Assembly (NCBI GenBank): GCA_050575255.1 | Contig: JBNZDD010013677.1 | Coordinates: 1,174,584 to 1,238,583, forward strand | Reading direction: 5' to 3' | Source: Harriotta raleighana | Taxonomy: Eukaryota | Length of the DNA: 64,000 nt | Part shown: one piece after another, positions 61,363-64,000 of the stretch | Layout: each line of letters begins with the position of its first letter | How positions within the stretch are numbered: the first letter of the stretch is position 1 | Position numbers and translations under genes: made by a program | Notes under the pieces: generated by a model | The model's database searches: none | What the model was told of the DNA's origin: nothing | Seen by the model: only the letters and a program-made list of their open reading frames with translations

Positions 61363-61790
61363 GCATGCCGGATAAACAAGGTTTTACTGTATTTGTTGTT
61401 GAGCCAATAGGGAGAAATTGCTTCCACTGTTCATGAGTAAGTAACTAGATGGCATTAACTTAACATAGTTAGTAAACGAGCAAATGGAGATGAGATTAGG
61501 AGAGAATTTTTCATGCACAAGAGTGGTTAGGAAAGTAAATGCTCCGCCAGGAGCGATAGGGAGAAGCTTTGGTAGAGGAGAATCTACATTGACATTCAAC
61601 AACAGCAAAATTACACTTGTATAACAAAGAGGGAACTAGACCTCTATATCTTAAAAAGAGTCAGCTATAGGGGCATGGGGAAAGATCAGGTCAATGTATC
61701 TGAAAGGATTGCTCTTGAAGGAGGAAGCGTAAACACAATGCGCCAAATGGCCTTCTTCTGTGCTGTAAATGTCTACATGGTTCTATGGAA
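60660..61790 (+). mobile_element. Degraded CR1 3' fragment interrupted by a MITE
   Basis: TTGGAATATTGTGT, GGTGATCTGATAGAG (GDLIE), CAAGAGTGGTTAGG, tail CCAAATGGCCTTCTTCTGTGCTGT..TTCTATG. Confidence 0.75.
60941..61389. mobile_element. Tigger/pogo-like MITE, inverted copy of 49266..49654, TA TSD
   Basis: TA|CAGTAAAAC ... GGATAAACAAGGTTTTACTG|TA; internal sequence is the reverse complement of the 49266 copy; contains poly-C and an N gap. Confidence 0.9.
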
Positions 61791-64000
61791 CTTCCAATCA
61801 ATCTCCGCCAGCCTCTCCCCCACTCCGTTCCCTGGGCCAAATCCATCCCCGGGAGTGAAGTGTAATAACCTTTGTATTTATACAATAATAATCCTTTTGC
61901 TTATCATGTCGTCAAGACATCTCAAAACATTTCACAGGATCTACTATAAAGTACATTTTTAAGAAAACGCAGCTTCTAATTTCCACAGCTTCAATGTCCA
62001 ACAAAGAGAACTGAAGTGCGAGACCAGTTTAATCTGTGGGTTTACTGGATCAGACACCAGGAGAAATTGCCTTCTCTTCCCGAATAGCCACTCGGGGATC
62101 TTTAACTTCCATTGGTGTTATTTGAAAAGAGAAAGGAAATACGGTTGGGTCCTGTTCAGCGCTTTGGGACGTCCTCCTGACATGAAAGGCACACTATAAA
62201 TGTGATTTTGTTGTTATATTTCCTCCACCTCAGGACAGCAGCTCTGATAATGAAGCACACACCCCCAGCACTGCAATGGAGTGTTAGACCTTGAGTTGAG
62301 CATAGACCTTGTGTCTTCTCCACAGTCCAGGTTAGGCCTCTTCCTACTCCCTGCTCCCTCTTGTTAACGCCTTGCTGGTGTGCTACTCATCTGCTTGTGC
62401 ACATTTTAAGACCTGCAGGTACAGGTTATTGAAGAATGTGCACTTTACTAGGCGTGTGGACAAAATTGTGGGTATTCTGGAAGCAGGACTTCCCAAGTAA
62501 ATGTGCCCCTAACCAGATTGTAGACCCTAACTCATTTCTTCAGTGAAATTCCTTCTCCCTCCTCTCCCTGCTCCCTTCGGTCTCGTATTATGTTTTGCTA
62601 TGTACTCATGACCTCCACTATTGCCTTGTGTGTATTGTGGATTTACCTGTGTGGTTTGGGTTGATTGCTGGGTTCTCCAATACCCGGTGAAAAGGGTTTT
62701 TGAGAATCAGTTGAGCTTGTATCTTGTTAAATGCAGAGACTCTGCCAGATTCCTGAATTAAATAAGAGGGCATTTTGTGGATTTTCAAAGAATTGATTTT
62801 CTGCTTGGCTGACTTTGCTCTGTTCCTTTGTTTAATTCGAGATCCTCACAATTAAAGCCCTCCATGGCCTCACCCCAACCTATCTCTATGACCTCCTAAC
62901 CCCCTGCCAACTTGCTCCCCCCTCCGTTCAGCAGGCTCCAGACTGCTCCACATCCCCCTCCCCACCCTCCCCACCGTTGGTGAGCGAGCCTTCAGCCACT
63001 CTGTCCCCAACCTCTGGAACTCCATCACGCAATCCCTCCACCTTGCCCCCTCCCTAGCCTCCTTCATGTCCTGCCTCAAGACCCTACTCTTTGACGGTCC
63101 CATCAGTCACATTAAATCCTCCGCTTCACCCTACCCGTCCCCAACCCCATCTTGGGTCTAAAACAATGACTGACCAGCGCCTTTGAACATTCTCCTAACG
63201 TGAAGGGAGCTATACAAGTGTATTTCTGTTGTTTGTCGCTCTCCTGTGTAATATCCAAACTTTCTCCACAAATTAAGTTTTTGGCCCATTACATCTTTGC
63301 TATTGCTCCTTTGTTTTTCTCTATGAATGATCCCATTTTCCATTTCTCTCCCATTGTTTTTTTACTGCTCAAGTGTTTATTCAGTTCCTTATACAAACCA
63401 CAAAGTCTGTAATTTAACTAGAATGAGATGAGAAATAACTTTTTTTTATATGCAGTGTTTCATTGGAGTAAAACATCTCAAAGTTCTTTACAGTCATTGC
63501 TGTCTCTTGCATTGAAGTTGAACCAACTACGGCAGCCGTTTGTTCATACCAAGATCCCATACACAGCTGTGGGGTAAATGATCCATTTGTGTCAGGAGTT
63601 TGTTGGAGAGAGAATTCCCTTCCCTTCCAAATTATGCAATTGGGATCTTTAACATCCACCTTGAGGAGTGGAGTGGAATCTCAATACTACTCAATACTAC
63701 TCCATGACTGAAACACTCTTCCACGTATCCTTCTGCCTTGCCCCTTCCTTACCCATCTTCAGGTCCCGCATGAAGGCCTTCCTTTTTGACCGTGCCTACG
63801 TCCGCTACCCACCCGGTTCAGTGTTGTACCCTGCTAGTGTCAAACACTCTGGGACTCCGCCTTGCGTGAGAGATGCTATAAAACGCAAATTGTTGTGTCA
63901 GCCTAGACAATTAGCTCAGCTCCCAACAAAGTGTTGGAACCCACAGCCCTCTGACTCCTGAGCTGTCACCCAATACTGGCTTCCTGGTCATGCAACCTCA

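Noticed and set aside
59000-64000. A second gene downstream of COL16A1
   Set aside because: Only CR1, L2, SINE and MITE remnants and short ORFs seen; no supportable exons

Overview
Vertebrate genomic DNA, most likely from a cartilaginous fish (inferred from its DeuSINE/SacSINE1-like SINEs and CR1/L2 repeats). Nearly the whole window (49..58945, + strand) is the middle and 3' part of one multi-exon FACIT collagen gene, identified as COL16A1 (collagen XVI alpha 1). I traced 56 coding exons by hand. They total 3735 nt, splice into one uninterrupted frame of 1244 aa plus stop, and contain Gly-X-Y runs, CxxC interruptions, the NC2 signature [24 protein letters not shown] and the FACIT C-x4-C NC1 tail. 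The 5' exons lie upstream of the window. Introns are dense with tRNA-derived SINEs, older DeuSINEs, CR1 and L2 fragments, Tigger-like and hAT MITEs and minisatellites. Most ORFs in the supplied track are noise. Points worth a second look: two GC-AG introns, a duplicated CxxC exon module with Gly losses, a ~124-bp-arm foldback, a 108-bp palindromic mini-MITE, an unidentified 5-copy same-strand intronic repeat, nested insertions, and three N-linked duplications that look like assembly artefacts. I found no convincing evidence of a wholly new biological system.
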